Positions 30,398 through 41,417 of a stretch of 64,000 nucleotides of DNA are shown here, one piece after another (within the stretch, counting starts at the first letter, position 1; the number at the start of each line of letters is the position of its first letter). The stretch is from an uncultured Alphaproteobacteria bacterium. GTDB lineage: Bacteria > Pseudomonadota > Alphaproteobacteria > HIMB59 > GCA-002718135. The translations under genes and the position numbers were made by a program. The stretch is taken from positions 114,270-178,269 of the forward strand of contig CABYHW010000001.1 in NCBI GenBank assembly GCA_902518705.1, given 5' to 3'. The notes beneath the pieces were generated by a model. It did no database searches. It was given only the letters and a program-made list of their open reading frames with translations, and was not told the DNA's origin.

Positions 30398-33300
30398 TTT
30401 CAACAAGTAGATCTTTGGTCTCCACATTATCACCAGATGCAACATTAATTAATTTGATGGTTCCACTTTTATCAGCGTTTATTGTAGTTTCCATTTTCAT
30501 AGCTTCGATCACTAGTAACTTATCACCTTTGATCACTTTACTACCTGATTGAACAAATATTTTAGCAACTTGCCCTGGTAAAGGGGATCCGACATGATCA
30601 GAATTGTTATCATCTGCTTTAGCTCTTTGTGTTATATTTTTTGAAAATTCTTTATTTTCTATATCTATTGTTCTTGGTTGTCCGTTTATTTCAAAAAACA
30701 CAGAGCACTTTCCATTACTATTAACTTCACTTTTAGCTAAGTATCGTAAGATAAGGTTTTTTCCTTTATCAATTTCTATCGTGTATTCTTTATCTTGTTG
30801 AGGACCATAAAAAAATAATTCTGTTGAAAGAATTGATGTATCGCTAAACTCCTTAAAGTGATCAACATAATCTTTAAAAACTTTTGGATACATTAAGTAA
30901 GACGCTAGATGTGTTTGATTAATTTCCATCCCTATTTCATCTTCTAAATTTTTGGCTTCTTTATCTAAATCAACTGATTCTAAAACTTCCCCAGGTCTTT
31001 TTGTTAGAGGTTTTGTATCGCCAAGAACTTTCTTTTGAAGTTCTTTCGGAAAGCCTCCATGTGGTATACCAATCTCCCCTTTAAAAAATTCAATGACTGA
31101 AGCCGGAAAAGAGATTTCTTTTTTTGGATCTAATACATCTTCTTTAGATAAATCATTAGCAATCATATAAAGCGCCATATCACCTACAATTTTTGAAGAA
31201 GGGGTTACCTTCACAATATCACCAAAAAGTTGGTTTACTTCTGCATATTTATTAGCAACCATTCCCCACTTATCAGTTGTAATTCCCAATGATCTCGCTT
31301 GTTCTTTTAAATTGGTAAACTGGCCACCTGGCATTTGATGAAGATACACATCAGAACTTCCACCTTTAAAATCAGTTTCAAATGCATGATAATTTTGACG
31401 TACCTGCTCCCAATATAAAGATAGTGTTCTTATTGCTTCTTCATCAAGTTGCGGATCTTGATGATTTTGTTTCATTATAGATACGATTGAGCCAAGTGCA
31501 GGTTGTGATGTTAATCCACTCATCGAGTCAATTGCAAGATCTACGATATCTACTTTTTCTTCTATTGCCGCAAGAACTGATGCTGATGAAGTACCAGATG
31601 TATCGTGAGTATGGAAATGAATTGGAAGATCAGTTGTTTGTTTAATTTCGTTAACTAATTTTTTTATAGCATTAGGTTTTGCTAATCCCGCCATATCTTT
31701 AATAGCAATAATATGTGCTCCTGCTTTTTCTAAATCTCTAACAAGATCAATATAATATTTTAATGTGTATTTTTTCTCATTTGGATCAGTTACATCATTT
31801 GTATAACAGATAGTTCCTTCACAAATTTTATTTTGATTGCGTACTTCATCAATTGCAACACGCATATTATCAATTAAGTTTAATGAATCAAAAACTCGGA
31901 ATACATCAATTCCAGCTTCTGCTGACTGTTGAATGAAATGTTTTACAACGTTATCGGGATAATTTTTGTATCCAACAGCATTAGATCCCCTAAAGAGCAT
32001 TTGCTTAAGTAGGTTAGGGGCTCTTTTGTTTAATCTTGCTAATCTATCCCAAGGATCTTCTTTTAAAAAACGCATCGATGTATCAAAGGTTGCGCCGCCC
32101 CAACATTCTAATGAGAATAAATTGCTGAGATTTTCACTATAATATTCAGCAATATTAATAAGATCATCAGTTCTCATTCTTGTAGCAAGAAGCGATTGAT
32201 GTGCATCACGCATTGTTGTGTCAGTAATTAGGGTGTATGATGTTTCTTTTATTTTTTTTGCAAATTTTTCTGGACCTAAAGTTTGTAAATCATTTACATA
32301 ATCATTTTTCTCGCTATTAATTTTTGAACTAGGAATTTGAACTTCAACAGTAGAATTGCCAGTGACTCTTCCAGATATATCATTGTGTCCATTTACGATT
32401 ATATTTCCAAGATAAGATACAATTTTTGATGCTCGATCTTTTTGTGGATTATAAGCATAGAGCTCTTTTTTAGTATCAACAAAATTCGTATTGTAGTTTC
32501 CTTCAAGGAAATCTTTGTTGTTTATAAGAGACTCAAGAAATACTAAATTTGTTTTAACACCTCTAATTCTAAATTCTCTCAAAGCCCTGTCCATTCTTTT
32601 AATACAGTCGTCTTGATGCTTTGCCCAAGTTGTTACTTTTACAAGTAAAGAATCATAGTACGGTGTAATTATAGAACCGGATGATGCATTTGCTGCATCT
32701 AACCTCACTCCAAAGCCAGCGGCAGATCGGTAAGTCATTATCTTCCCATAATCTGGCATAAAATTATTAAGCGGATCTTCGGTAGTAACTCTACATTGAA
32801 TAGCAAATCCGTTTAGATGAATATCTTCTTGTTTAGGAAGTGCTGGGTGACTGCCAATTTTTTCACCTTCTGCAATTTTAATTTGGGCTTTTACAATATC
32901 AATACCAGTAACTTCTTCTGTAACTGTATGCTCAACTTGAATTCTTGGGTTAACTTCGATGAAATAAAATTCACCAGATTTTTTATCAAACAAAAATTCA
33001 ACAGTTCCTGCACCAAAGTATTTAACTTGTTTTGCAATTTTGATAGCAGCGTTACAAATTTCTTCTCTAGTTTTATTTTCAAGAAAATGTGCAGGTGCTC
33101 TTTCAATAATTTTTTGATGTCTTCTTTGAAGAGAACAATCTCTTTCAAAAAGATGTAAAATATTTCCATGTCTGTCACCTAAAATTTGAACTTCAATGTG
33201 TGCAGCATCTTCTAAAAATTTTTCTATAAATACTTCATCTTTTCCAAAAGCTTTAAGTGACTCACTTTGAGCAGTAGTAATTTGATCTATTAATTCGTTG

Positions 33301-33830
33301 CTTGATCTAACAACACGCATTCCTCGACCGCCGCCACCCCAACTTGCTTTAACAATTACTGGGTAACCAATTTTCTCAACTTCTTTTTCAACACTTTTTA
33401 AATTTTCTTTTGTTACAAGAACAGACGGAACGGTGCCTACCTTTGCTTCTTCCGCAACTTTTTTAGCTTCAGTTTTATTTCCAAATCTTTTTAGTATTTC
33501 TTTACTAGGCCCAATAAATGTTATGTCATTTTTTTCACACTGCTCAGCTAGTTCAGGGCTCTCAGATAAAAATCCGTAACCTGGATGAATAGCATCAACC
33601 TTTGCATCTTTAGCAATTTTAATAATTGAGTCTATGTCCAAATATGCTTGAATTGGACCTTTGCCTTCACCTACTAAATAACTTTCATCCGTTTTAAATC
33701 GGTGAATAGCAAAACGATCTTCTTTAGAATAAATAGCAGCTGTTTTAATACCAGACTCTTCTGCAGCTCTGAAAATTCGAATAGCAATTTCACTTCTGTT
33801 TGCTGCTAAAATTTTACTAATCTTTTTCAT
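30390..33830 (-). CDS. pyc: Pyruvate carboxylase (single-chain)
   Basis: About 1146 aa with biotin carboxylase, carboxyltransferase and a C-terminal biotinyl domain (EAMKME). The ATG at 33830 is preferred over the TTG at 33833. Confidence 0.95.
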   Translation of the reverse strand: MKKISKILAANRSEIAIRIFRAAEESGIKTAAIYSKEDRFAIHRFKTDESYLVGEGKGPIQAYLDIDSIIKIAKDAKVDAIHPGYGFLSESPELAEQCEKNDITFIGPSKEILKRFGNKTEAKKVAEEAKVGTVPSVLVTKENLKSVEKEVEKIGYPVIVKASWGGGGRGMRVVRSSNELIDQITTAQSESLKAFGKDEVFIEKFLEDAAHIEVQILGDRHGNILHLFERDCSLQRRHQKIIERAPAHFLENKTREEICNAAIKIAKQVKYFGAGTVEFLFDKKSGEFYFIEVNPRIQVEHTVTEEVTGIDIVKAQIKIAEGEKIGSHPALPKQEDIHLNGFAIQCRVTTEDPLNNFMPDYGKIMTYRSAAGFGVRLDAANASSGSIITPYYDSLLVKVTTWAKHQDDCIKRMDRALREFRIRGVKTNLVFLESLINNKDFLEGNYNTNFVDTKKELYAYNPQKDRASKIVSYLGNIIVNGHNDISGRVTGNSTVEVQIPSSKINSEKNDYVNDLQTLGPEKFAKKIKETSYTLITDTTMRDAHQSLLATRMRTDDLINIAEYYSENLSNLFSLECWGGATFDTSMRFLKEDPWDRLARLNKRAPNLLKQMLFRGSNAVGYKNYPDNVVKHFIQQSAEAGIDVFRVFDSLNLIDNMRVAIDEVRNQNKICEGTICYTNDVTDPNEKKYTLKYYIDLVRDLEKAGAHIIAIKDMAGLAKPNAIKKLVNEIKQTTDLPIHFHTHDTSGTSSASVLAAIEEKVDIVDLAIDSMSGLTSQPALGSIVSIMKQNHQDPQLDEEAIRTLSLYWEQVRQNYHAFETDFKGGSSDVYLHQMPGGQFTNLKEQARSLGITTDKWGMVANKYAEVNQLFGDIVKVTPSSKIVGDMALYMIANDLSKEDVLDPKKEISFPASVIEFFKGEIGIPHGGFPKELQKKVLGDTKPLTKRPGEVLESVDLDKEAKNLEDEIGMEINQTHLASYLMYPKVFKDYVDHFKEFSDTSILSTELFFYGPQQDKEYTIEIDKGKNLILRYLAKSEVNSNGKCSVFFEINGQPRTIDIENKEFSKNITQRAKADDNNSDHVGSPLPGQVAKIFVQSGSKVIKGDKLLVIEAMKMETTINADKSGTIKLINVASGDNVETKDLLVEIS

Positions 33831-34042
33831 CAATCCACCATTAAATAAGGATTATTACTTATTATTTTTTCGGGGATGCATCTATATGTTCCTTACTGAA
33901 TTAGCAAGAGATCAAAGGAATTTAGCCATTTTTTAGGATTTGGAAGCAATTATAAATTGATAATAAACTGCAAATTATCAAATTAATATCTGTGTACATA
34001 TGTCTCTTTATCACAAAGGTTGTTTTATATTAATGTGATATA

Positions 34043-34489
34043 ATGAATTCGATGAATGAAAATATAAGACCTTATCAAAGTTGTTCCAAATCAGTCTTTT
34101 TGGTTTTAGGAATTATTTTTATAAGTTGGATTTCATTATTCTCTATTTTTCTAATTATTCAAGGAGCTTGGCCTGTATCTATATTTCTTGGACTTGAATA
34201 TCTGATAATTTTTTATTTAATCCGTTTATATTTCAAAGAAAAAAATATTAAGGATGAAATAAACATTAATCAAAAAGAAATATCTATAAGAAAATATAAA
34301 GGTGATAAACTTTTACATTCATCTAAATTCAGCACTTACTGGTCTAAAGTTTTTTTTACAAAATTTAAAAATACATCCAAGTTATCAGTTAGAGAATCAG
34401 ATAAAGAAACTGAAGTTGCAACTTTCTTGCATGCTGATTTAAAAGAGGGTTTATATTTAAGAATTAAAAAACAATTAAATTTCTATTAA
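34043..34489 (+). CDS. Small two-TM membrane protein (DUF2244-like)
   Basis: Two N-terminal TM helices followed by a soluble domain of about 80 aa. The layout resembles DUF2244; the assignment is tentative. Confidence 0.45.
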   Translation: MNSMNENIRPYQSCSKSVFLVLGIIFISWISLFSIFLIIQGAWPVSIFLGLEYLIIFYLIRLYFKEKNIKDEININQKEISIRKYKGDKLLHSSKFSTYWSKVFFTKFKNTSKLSVRESDKETEVATFLHADLKEGLYLRIKKQLNFY

Positions 34490-35574
34490 TTTTTTTTAAA
34501 ACTTTTAAAAATATTATTTACAAAATTTTGTTCATTCCATTCTGATGGCCCAGATCCTATTCTTGTTATTATTAAGTCATAAGATGGTATAATATAACAT
34601 CTATTAGAGTTGTATCCTTCCAAAGCATAAGTGTCTCTTGGTAAAGATGGCCATCGAAGGCCGTCTGAATTTATCCAAAATTGATATCCGTAAGATGAAT
34701 TTAAATTTTGTGATTTTGTAGTTGCTAGGTCTATATAATCTGAAGATAATATTTTAATATTATTCCATAGTCCTTTTTTGAGCATGAAATATCCAAAGCG
34801 TGATAAATCTCTGGCTGAAATATGAAGACCAACATGCGATGAGGTAAATGGACCTAAAAAATTTCCACCGCCGTGAATATTCCAACTAGCGTTCTCTATA
34901 CCAATTATTCTAAAAAGTTTTTCATATAAATATTCATGAATATTTTTTTTTGTTATTTCAAAAAAAACAAATGAAAGTAAAGCCACTGCTGGATCAGAAT
35001 ATTCCCATTGTTTTCCAGGTTCAGAAGATAAAATATCGACTGACTTTCCATATCTATTCTCACATTTTCCAATAGCAAATTCAAATGGACCATTTTGAGG
35101 TCCAGTCACTAAGCCATAAATATCATTATTTTCTCCTTTTAAACCTGAAGTCATAGACAATAAATGGTGTAAATTGATATTTTTTTTTCTTGAGTCGTTT
35201 TTTATAAAATCTTTTGGAAGAAAATTGTAGATAGGTGTTTGTAAATTTATATCTAAATTTTTTTTAGATTTATTTTTTTTTATTTCTTCTAATAAAAACA
35301 TCCATGCAATTCCAGTGAATGATTTTGTACAAGACCATATATCAAAACGACTTTGCGGCAATGTCATGAAACTATGATTTTCATAAACTAAATAGCCATC
35401 TTTAATAATGACTGTACTTTGAGGATGGTTTCCAAAAAACAATTGTTGGCGTTTTATTTCTAGTTCAATTAAATTAAAATTGATATTTAGTAATTTTGAT
35501 GCGTGATCAGTTGATATGAGTCTCCAGCCGCCCTCAATTTCTCTATTAGGAAAGTATGAAATATCTTTACTCAT
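34486..35574 (-). CDS. Serine hydrolase, beta-lactamase/PBP-related family
   Basis: SxxK motif SCTKSF, a later YSD (YxN-like) and HGGG (KTG-like) motifs. 362 aa with no obvious signal peptide. Confidence 0.7.
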   Translation of the reverse strand: MSKDISYFPNREIEGGWRLISTDHASKLLNINFNLIELEIKRQQLFFGNHPQSTVIIKDGYLVYENHSFMTLPQSRFDIWSCTKSFTGIAWMFLLEEIKKNKSKKNLDINLQTPIYNFLPKDFIKNDSRKKNINLHHLLSMTSGLKGENNDIYGLVTGPQNGPFEFAIGKCENRYGKSVDILSSEPGKQWEYSDPAVALLSFVFFEITKKNIHEYLYEKLFRIIGIENASWNIHGGGNFLGPFTSSHVGLHISARDLSRFGYFMLKKGLWNNIKILSSDYIDLATTKSQNLNSSYGYQFWINSDGLRWPSLPRDTYALEGYNSNRCYIIPSYDLIITRIGSGPSEWNEQNFVNNIFKSFKKN

Positions 35575-35594
35575 ACATTAAAATTTCAAGATAT

Positions 35595-36404
35595 TTATTT
35601 TAAAGAAATCAAATCATTCATAGAAAAAAATCCCATTTTTTTCTTTGATACAAATACTGCGGCATCAATAGCGCCTGTTACAAAAATTGATCTGTTATTA
35701 GCCTTATGCACTAAATCTATTCTGTCATTTGATCCTATAAAACTTACTGTGTGCTCACCTGCAATTTCACCGCCTCTTGTTACAGAAAAACCAATGTCGC
35801 CTTTTTTTCTAGATATTAGTTTTTTTGTACGATCTAAAACTTTTGAGTTATTTAACTTAGTTTTTCTACCTTCAGCAGCATACTCGCCAAGAGATAATGC
35901 AGTTCCAGAAGGGGCATCTTTTTTATGTTTGTGATGAGTCTCAGCAATTTCAATATCATAATCAGTATCTTTTAAGGCTGATGCTGTTTGTTTTACTAAG
36001 TTAAATAGTAAGTTAACACCCAAGCTCATGTTAGAAGACATGAGTATCGGTATTTTTTTAGAATAACTTTTTACTTTCTTTTTTTGTGCGTCTGTCATTC
36101 CAGTTGTACCAATAACAACTGCCGTTTTATTTGCAGAAGCGATTTTAAGATTATCTAAAGTGGACTCAGGTGTTGTAAAATCAATTATGACATTTGCTTC
36201 TTTGATTAACTGAGCTGCATTAGCTGTAACCAATTTTGCAGAGTTTATACTTGAAACTTTGTTTAAGGGTTTGTTTATATTTTTATGTTTTTTGTGTTCA
36301 AAACCACCGACAAATTCTAAATTTTTATTTTGTAAAATTTGTTTTGATATTTCCTGACCCATTCGGCCAAGACAACCTGAAACTGCTATTTTAATTTTTG
36401 CCAT
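35595..36404 (-). CDS. dapB: 4-hydroxy-tetrahydrodipicolinate reductase
   Basis: IKIAVSGCLGRMG..., ETHHKHKKDAPSGTA. Confidence 0.9.
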   Translation of the reverse strand: MAKIKIAVSGCLGRMGQEISKQILQNKNLEFVGGFEHKKHKNINKPLNKVSSINSAKLVTANAAQLIKEANVIIDFTTPESTLDNLKIASANKTAVVIGTTGMTDAQKKKVKSYSKKIPILMSSNMSLGVNLLFNLVKQTASALKDTDYDIEIAETHHKHKKDAPSGTALSLGEYAAEGRKTKLNNSKVLDRTKKLISRKKGDIGFSVTRGGEIAGEHTVSFIGSNDRIDLVHKANNRSIFVTGAIDAAVFVSKKKMGFFSMNDLISLK

Positions 36405-36445
36405 AAAAACTTCTTATACTTTGGTGATTGTAAGTTGAAAAGAAA

Positions 36446-37579
36446 TTAAGTTAAATCTTCCCAGACTTCTTTTAATTTTGAGAAAAAACCTTGCGATTTT
36501 GGGCTATGTTTTTTTGATGTTCCACCTTCATTTTCGAACTCTCTCAAAATGTCTTTTTGTTTACTATTTAGATTGACTGGTATTTCAACGTTTGCCTGTA
36601 CATACATATCTCCACGTCTACTTTGTCGAAGTATACTCATTCCTTTACCACGTAGTCTAAATTGCGTTTCAGATTGAGTTCCCGCTGGAATATTAAGTCT
36701 GGCTTTTTTTCCCTCTATTGTTGGTACTTCTATTTCGCCACCTAAAATAGCAGTAGTGATTGAAATTGGTATTTCACAAAATAAATTTTCTTCTTCTCTT
36801 TCAAAGAGTTTGTCCTTTTGAACTTCAACAAAAATATATAGATCCCCATTTCCTGCACCTCTTTCACCAGGTTCACCTTCACCAGCTATGCGAATTCTTG
36901 TACCTGTATCAACACCAGCAGGAATAGTAACAGAAATTGTTTTCTGTTTTTTAATATTTCCCGTTCCAGAACATTTAAGGCACGGATTTTTTATACTTGA
37001 ACCTTCTCCGCCACATGTAGGGCATGGTCTTTCAATTGAAAAGAAGCCTTGTTGTGATCGAACTTTACCTGCACCACCACAAGTAGAACAGGTACTTGGT
37101 CCAGATTTATCTGCACTTCCAGTTGCTGCACAGGCATCACAACCAACATAAGTTGGAATTCTTATTTGTGGTTTCTTTCCAGTGAAAGCTTCGAATAGGG
37201 AGACGGACATATTATAACGAAGATCACTTCCTCTTTGTGGTCCTCGTCTTCTTGATGATTGTCCTCCAAAACCTCCACCAAAGAACTCTTCAAAGATATC
37301 AGAAAAGCCACCTGCAAAATCTCCAAAGCCTTGAGCTCCACCCATTCCACCTTGTTTGAAAGCGTCATGTCCATATTGATCATAAGCTGATCTTTTTTCT
37401 GAATCTTTTAAAACTTCATAAGCAGCAGCAGCTTCTTTGAATTTTCTTTCTGCAGTTTTGTCATCCTTGTTACGATCAGGATGATATTTCATGGCTTGTT
37501 TTCTATAAGCTTTTTTTATTTCATCTTCACTGGCATTTCGTTGAACGCCTAGTATCTCATAGAAATCTTTATCAGCCAC
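36446..37579 (-). CDS. dnaJ: Chaperone DnaJ
   Basis: J-domain with HPD, a G/F-rich region and four CxxCxGxG zinc-finger repeats. GTG start preceded by AAGGAGGAG. Confidence 0.95.
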   Translation of the reverse strand: MADKDFYEILGVQRNASEDEIKKAYRKQAMKYHPDRNKDDKTAERKFKEAAAAYEVLKDSEKRSAYDQYGHDAFKQGGMGGAQGFGDFAGGFSDIFEEFFGGGFGGQSSRRRGPQRGSDLRYNMSVSLFEAFTGKKPQIRIPTYVGCDACAATGSADKSGPSTCSTCGGAGKVRSQQGFFSIERPCPTCGGEGSSIKNPCLKCSGTGNIKKQKTISVTIPAGVDTGTRIRIAGEGEPGERGAGNGDLYIFVEVQKDKLFEREEENLFCEIPISITTAILGGEIEVPTIEGKKARLNIPAGTQSETQFRLRGKGMSILRQSRRGDMYVQANVEIPVNLNSKQKDILREFENEGGTSKKHSPKSQGFFSKLKEVWEDLT

Positions 37580-37607
37580 ATCTCCTCCTTATAAAAATTA
37601 TGGAGCG

Positions 37608-39530
37608 TTAATCTTTTTTATCTTCGTCTACTTCTTCAAATTCTGCATCTACAACCTTTTCATCTTTTGTATTATCAGCTGATGGTTCAGCACCAGATGG
37701 ATCAGGTTGAGGTCCAGCACCTTGTGGGTTTTGTTTATAAATTGCTTCGCCCATTTTAAGAGATGACTGAACAAGTGCTTCAGTTTTAGATTTTATAGCT
37801 TCTAAATCCTCACCGTCTTTTACTTTCTTAAGCTCTTCAATATCCTCTGTGATTTTATTTCTATCAGCTTCAGGAATTTTATCTCCGTGCTCTTTTAAAT
37901 TCTTTTCAGTTTCATTAATTAAACTATCAGCATGGTTTCTAGTATCAACAGCTTCTCTTTTCTTTTTGTCAGCTTCAGCATTTTCTTCTGCCTCTTTGAC
38001 CATTTTTTCAATCTCTTCATCTGATAATCCGCCAGAAGCCTGGATCTTGATTTGTTGTTCTTTACCAGTTGATTTGTCTTTAGCCGAAACGTTTACAATA
38101 CCATTTGCATCGATATCAAAAGTTACTTCAATTTGAGGCATTCCTCTTGCAGCAGGTGGAATACCTACTAAATCAAACTGACCTAGTAATTTGTTATCCG
38201 CAGCCATTTCTCTTTCACCTTGAAATACTCTAATTGTTACTGCACTCTGATTATCTTCAGCTGTAGAAAATACCTGACTCTTCTTTGTTGGGATAGTTGT
38301 GTTTTTATCAATAAGTTTTGTAAATACACCGCCAAGTGTTTCAATACCAAGTGATAAAGGTGTAACATCAAGTAGTAGTACATCTTTGACATCACCTTGT
38401 AATACGCCTGCTTGAATTGCAGCACCAGATGCAACAACCTCATCTGGGTTAACACCTTTGTTAGGCTCTTTACCAAAGAAATTTTTTACTATCTCCGTTA
38501 CTTTAGGCATTCTTGTCATACCACCAACCAAAATAACATCATCAATTTCAGCAGCTTGTAATCCAGCATCTTTAAGTGCCATTTCACAAGGCTTTAAACT
38601 TTGGTTTAAAAGTTCACCTACGATAGCTTCAAGTTTTGCTCTCGATAATTTAATCGTTAAATGTTTAGGACCAGATTGATCAGCTGTTATGAATGGTAAG
38701 TTAACTTCTGTTTCGGTTGAACTTGATAATTCAATTTTTGCTTTCTCAGCAGCCTCTTTCAAACGCTGAAGAGCAAGCTTATCTAAACGTAAATCAATAC
38801 CATTATCTTTTTTGAATTCATCTGCAAGATAATCAATGATTTTAAGGTCAAAATCTTCACCACCAAGATGCGTATCACCATTAGTTGATTTAACTTCAAA
38901 AACACCGTCACCAATTTCTAAGATAGAAATATCAAATGTACCTCCACCAAGATCGTAAACTGCAACTGTACCTGTTTTCTTTTTATCTAAACCATATGCT
39001 AACGCTGCAGCAGTAGGCTCGTTAATAATTCTTAAGACTTCTAGTCCAGCTATTTTTCCAGCATCTTTTGTTGCTTGTCTTTGAGCATCATTAAAATAAG
39101 CAGGAACTGTTATAACTGCTTGTGTAACAGTGTCTCCTAAATAAGACTCTGCAGTTTCTTTCATTTTTTGTAATATAAATGCACTAATTTGGCTTGGACT
39201 ATACTTGTCTCCACGTGCTTCTACCCAAGCATCACCGTTATCACCTTTTACTATTTTATAAGGTACTAATCCACTGTCAGACTTAACAGCTTCATCCTCA
39301 AATGTTCTTCCGATTAATCTTTTTATGGCAAATAAAGTATTTTCAGAATTAGTTACTGCTTGTCTTTTAGCTGATTGTCCGACAAGTTTTTCTTTTGTGT
39401 CACTGAATGCTACCATTGACGGTGTTGTTCTTCCACCTTCAGAGTTTTCAATTACTTTTGCTTCCTTACCGTCCATTACTGCAACGCAGGAATTTGTAGT
39501 ACCTAGATCAATACCAATTACTTTTGCCAT
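37608..39530 (-). CDS. dnaK: Chaperone DnaK (Hsp70)
   Basis: [18 protein letters not shown]..., DLGGGTFD, 640 aa. Confidence 0.97.
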   Translation of the reverse strand: MAKVIGIDLGTTNSCVAVMDGKEAKVIENSEGGRTTPSMVAFSDTKEKLVGQSAKRQAVTNSENTLFAIKRLIGRTFEDEAVKSDSGLVPYKIVKGDNGDAWVEARGDKYSPSQISAFILQKMKETAESYLGDTVTQAVITVPAYFNDAQRQATKDAGKIAGLEVLRIINEPTAAALAYGLDKKKTGTVAVYDLGGGTFDISILEIGDGVFEVKSTNGDTHLGGEDFDLKIIDYLADEFKKDNGIDLRLDKLALQRLKEAAEKAKIELSSSTETEVNLPFITADQSGPKHLTIKLSRAKLEAIVGELLNQSLKPCEMALKDAGLQAAEIDDVILVGGMTRMPKVTEIVKNFFGKEPNKGVNPDEVVASGAAIQAGVLQGDVKDVLLLDVTPLSLGIETLGGVFTKLIDKNTTIPTKKSQVFSTAEDNQSAVTIRVFQGEREMAADNKLLGQFDLVGIPPAARGMPQIEVTFDIDANGIVNVSAKDKSTGKEQQIKIQASGGLSDEEIEKMVKEAEENAEADKKKREAVDTRNHADSLINETEKNLKEHGDKIPEADRNKITEDIEELKKVKDGEDLEAIKSKTEALVQSSLKMGEAIYKQNPQGAGPQPDPSGAEPSADNTKDEKVVDAEFEEVDEDKKD

Positions 39531-39582
39531 ATTTTTATTCCTCTTTATTTAATTATTTACCAATCAACATTGGCTACATTAG

Positions 39583-39610
39583 ATATGGGAAAAAAGTTTC
39601 AAAATACAAG
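39583..39610 (-). promoter_or_regulatory. Sigma-32-type promoter of dnaK-dnaJ
   Basis: The minus strand reads CTTGTA-N14-TCCCATAT, the same geometry as the ibpA promoter. It lies in the 125-bp grpE-dnaK gap. Confidence 0.5.
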
Positions 39611-39655
39611 GATGTTCCCGATTAATATTAAAAAAAACAAGTAATTTAGGGCTTT

Positions 39656-40324
39656 TTAAGACTTTTCTTTACTCTCATTTTCAGGATAGTCTTCTTCTTT
39701 TTCTTTAGGTTCTTCTGTTTTAGCGACTGGTTTTTTGGAAACTCCAACCATAGCTGCTCTTAGTAATCGGTCGTGCATTGTGTAGCCAGATTGGACTTCT
39801 TGAACTACTGTTCCTTCTTCAACTTCATTATTTTCAACCTCCATCATTGCCTGATGAAAATTATGGTCAAATTTTTGGTTTAAAGTTTCAATTTTTTTGA
39901 CTCCGTGTTTTTCAAGAGTGCTTTTGTATTCTTTAAGCACCATTTTTAAACCATCGATAAGATTTTTTATACTTTCTGGATGATTTTCATCTTCTGGTAA
40001 AGCATCCAGCGCTCTTTCTAGGTTATCCCCTGGCGATAGAATGTCTCTGGCTAAATTTATGCTACCAAACTTAATTGTTTCAACTTTTTCTCGCTCAAAT
40101 CTTTTTCTAAGATTTTCCATTTCAGCGAGTAATCGAATTTTTTCTTCTTTTAGTGTTTCAATTTCCTTTTCTAAATTGTTTTCTTCTGAATTTTCTTCTT
40201 CGCTTGTCTCTTCTGAATCTGTGTTTTCTTGACTATCATTATTATCTTCTTCGTTTTCAATATTCTCAGAATCAGGTTCTTTAATTTCTTCTTGTTGGTT
40301 ATCTTGTTCTTTTTTTTCAACCAT
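39656..40324 (-). CDS. grpE: Nucleotide exchange factor GrpE
   Basis: Acidic N-terminus, coiled coil (LRKRFEREK), and a C-terminal GrpE beta-domain (...GYTMHDRLLRAAMVGV). Confidence 0.9.
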   Translation of the reverse strand: MVEKKEQDNQQEEIKEPDSENIENEEDNNDSQENTDSEETSEEENSEENNLEKEIETLKEEKIRLLAEMENLRKRFEREKVETIKFGSINLARDILSPGDNLERALDALPEDENHPESIKNLIDGLKMVLKEYKSTLEKHGVKKIETLNQKFDHNFHQAMMEVENNEVEEGTVVQEVQSGYTMHDRLLRAAMVGVSKKPVAKTEEPKEKEEDYPENESKEKS

Positions 40325-41370
40325 TAATCAATCACCTTTCCAATAATTTTAGACGTATAGTCAACCAGTGGAACTATTTTAGAGTAGTTTAATCTTGTTG
40401 GTCCAACTACACCTATAGCTCCTATGATTTCTTGTTCATTATTTTTATATGGGGCCATTACCATAGAAAGACCAGAGTGTTTAAACAAAAAATTTTTAGA
40501 TCCAATAAAAATCTGAACCCCTTTTGCCTTTCCTGCAGTTTCTAATATATCTACAAAACTAGATTTTTTCTCAATTTCATCAAAAAGATTTCGAATTTGA
40601 TCTAAATCTTTTGAAACTATTTCATCTTTTAATAAATTTGATTGGCCATGTAAAAAAATATAAGGATTTTTGCTATTTGGCTGAGTTTCAATAATACCTT
40701 GCTGAATTAATTTTGAAGAAATTAATTCTAGCTCATTTTGTGAATTTTTTATTTCTGTTTGTATTAATCTTTTAATTTGCGAAATATTTTTATTAGTAAA
40801 CTTTGATGTAAGGTAGTTTGAGGCCTGTATTAATAATGAACTATTATATTTTCCATTATCTTCAATGATGCGATTTTCTACTTCTCCATTCTCATAAGCA
40901 AGAATTAGCATTAATTGACTACTATTTAATCTTATAAACTCAACGTGCTTTAAGTTTTTTTGAAATTTTGGGGCGATAACTATTCCTGCATAACTTGATA
41001 ATCCTGAAATAGCCTTAGACGCAACATCGAGAACCTCTTCATAGGACTTTCCCTTTGTTAAACACTGTTGTTTAATATTTTCTTTATCTATTTTTGAAAT
41101 TCTTCCAAACTCTAAAAGTCCGTCCACAAAAAACCTCATCCCTTTTTCAGTGGGCATTCTCCCAGCTGATCTGTGTGGGGCGTAAAGTAGTCCTTCTTTT
41201 TGTAAGTTTGATAAAATGGATCTAATTGATGCTGAAGAAAGATTTAAGCCTCCCATCTTCATAATTGTTTCTGATCCTGCGGGAGAACCAGTTTTAAGAT
41301 ATGACTCAACTAATTTTTTGAAAATTAATTTAGATCTATCATTAATTTGAGCATATAAATTGTCTGACAT
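40324..41370 (-). CDS. hrcA: Heat-inducible transcription repressor HrcA
   Basis: N-terminal winged-helix pattern (IFKKLVESYLKTGSPAGSE...SSASIRS.L..L...GLL..PH.SAGR.PT). 348 aa, upstream of grpE. Confidence 0.9.
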   Translation of the reverse strand: MSDNLYAQINDRSKLIFKKLVESYLKTGSPAGSETIMKMGGLNLSSASIRSILSNLQKEGLLYAPHRSAGRMPTEKGMRFFVDGLLEFGRISKIDKENIKQQCLTKGKSYEEVLDVASKAISGLSSYAGIVIAPKFQKNLKHVEFIRLNSSQLMLILAYENGEVENRIIEDNGKYNSSLLIQASNYLTSKFTNKNISQIKRLIQTEIKNSQNELELISSKLIQQGIIETQPNSKNPYIFLHGQSNLLKDEIVSKDLDQIRNLFDEIEKKSSFVDILETAGKAKGVQIFIGSKNFLFKHSGLSMVMAPYKNNEQEIIGAIGVVGPTRLNYSKIVPLVDYTSKIIGKVID

Positions 41371-41417
41371 AAGAATTTTATTTAAAAATAATATTTATCT
41401 ACTATTATTAAATTTAT

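Noticed and set aside
37582-37605. CUCC just after the dnaK stop could pair with the dnaJ GGAGGAG Shine-Dalgarno (a possible thermometer or coupling hairpin).
   Set aside because: Only about 4 solid base pairs plus irregular A-U pairs can form. This is too weak to distinguish from chance without comparative data.
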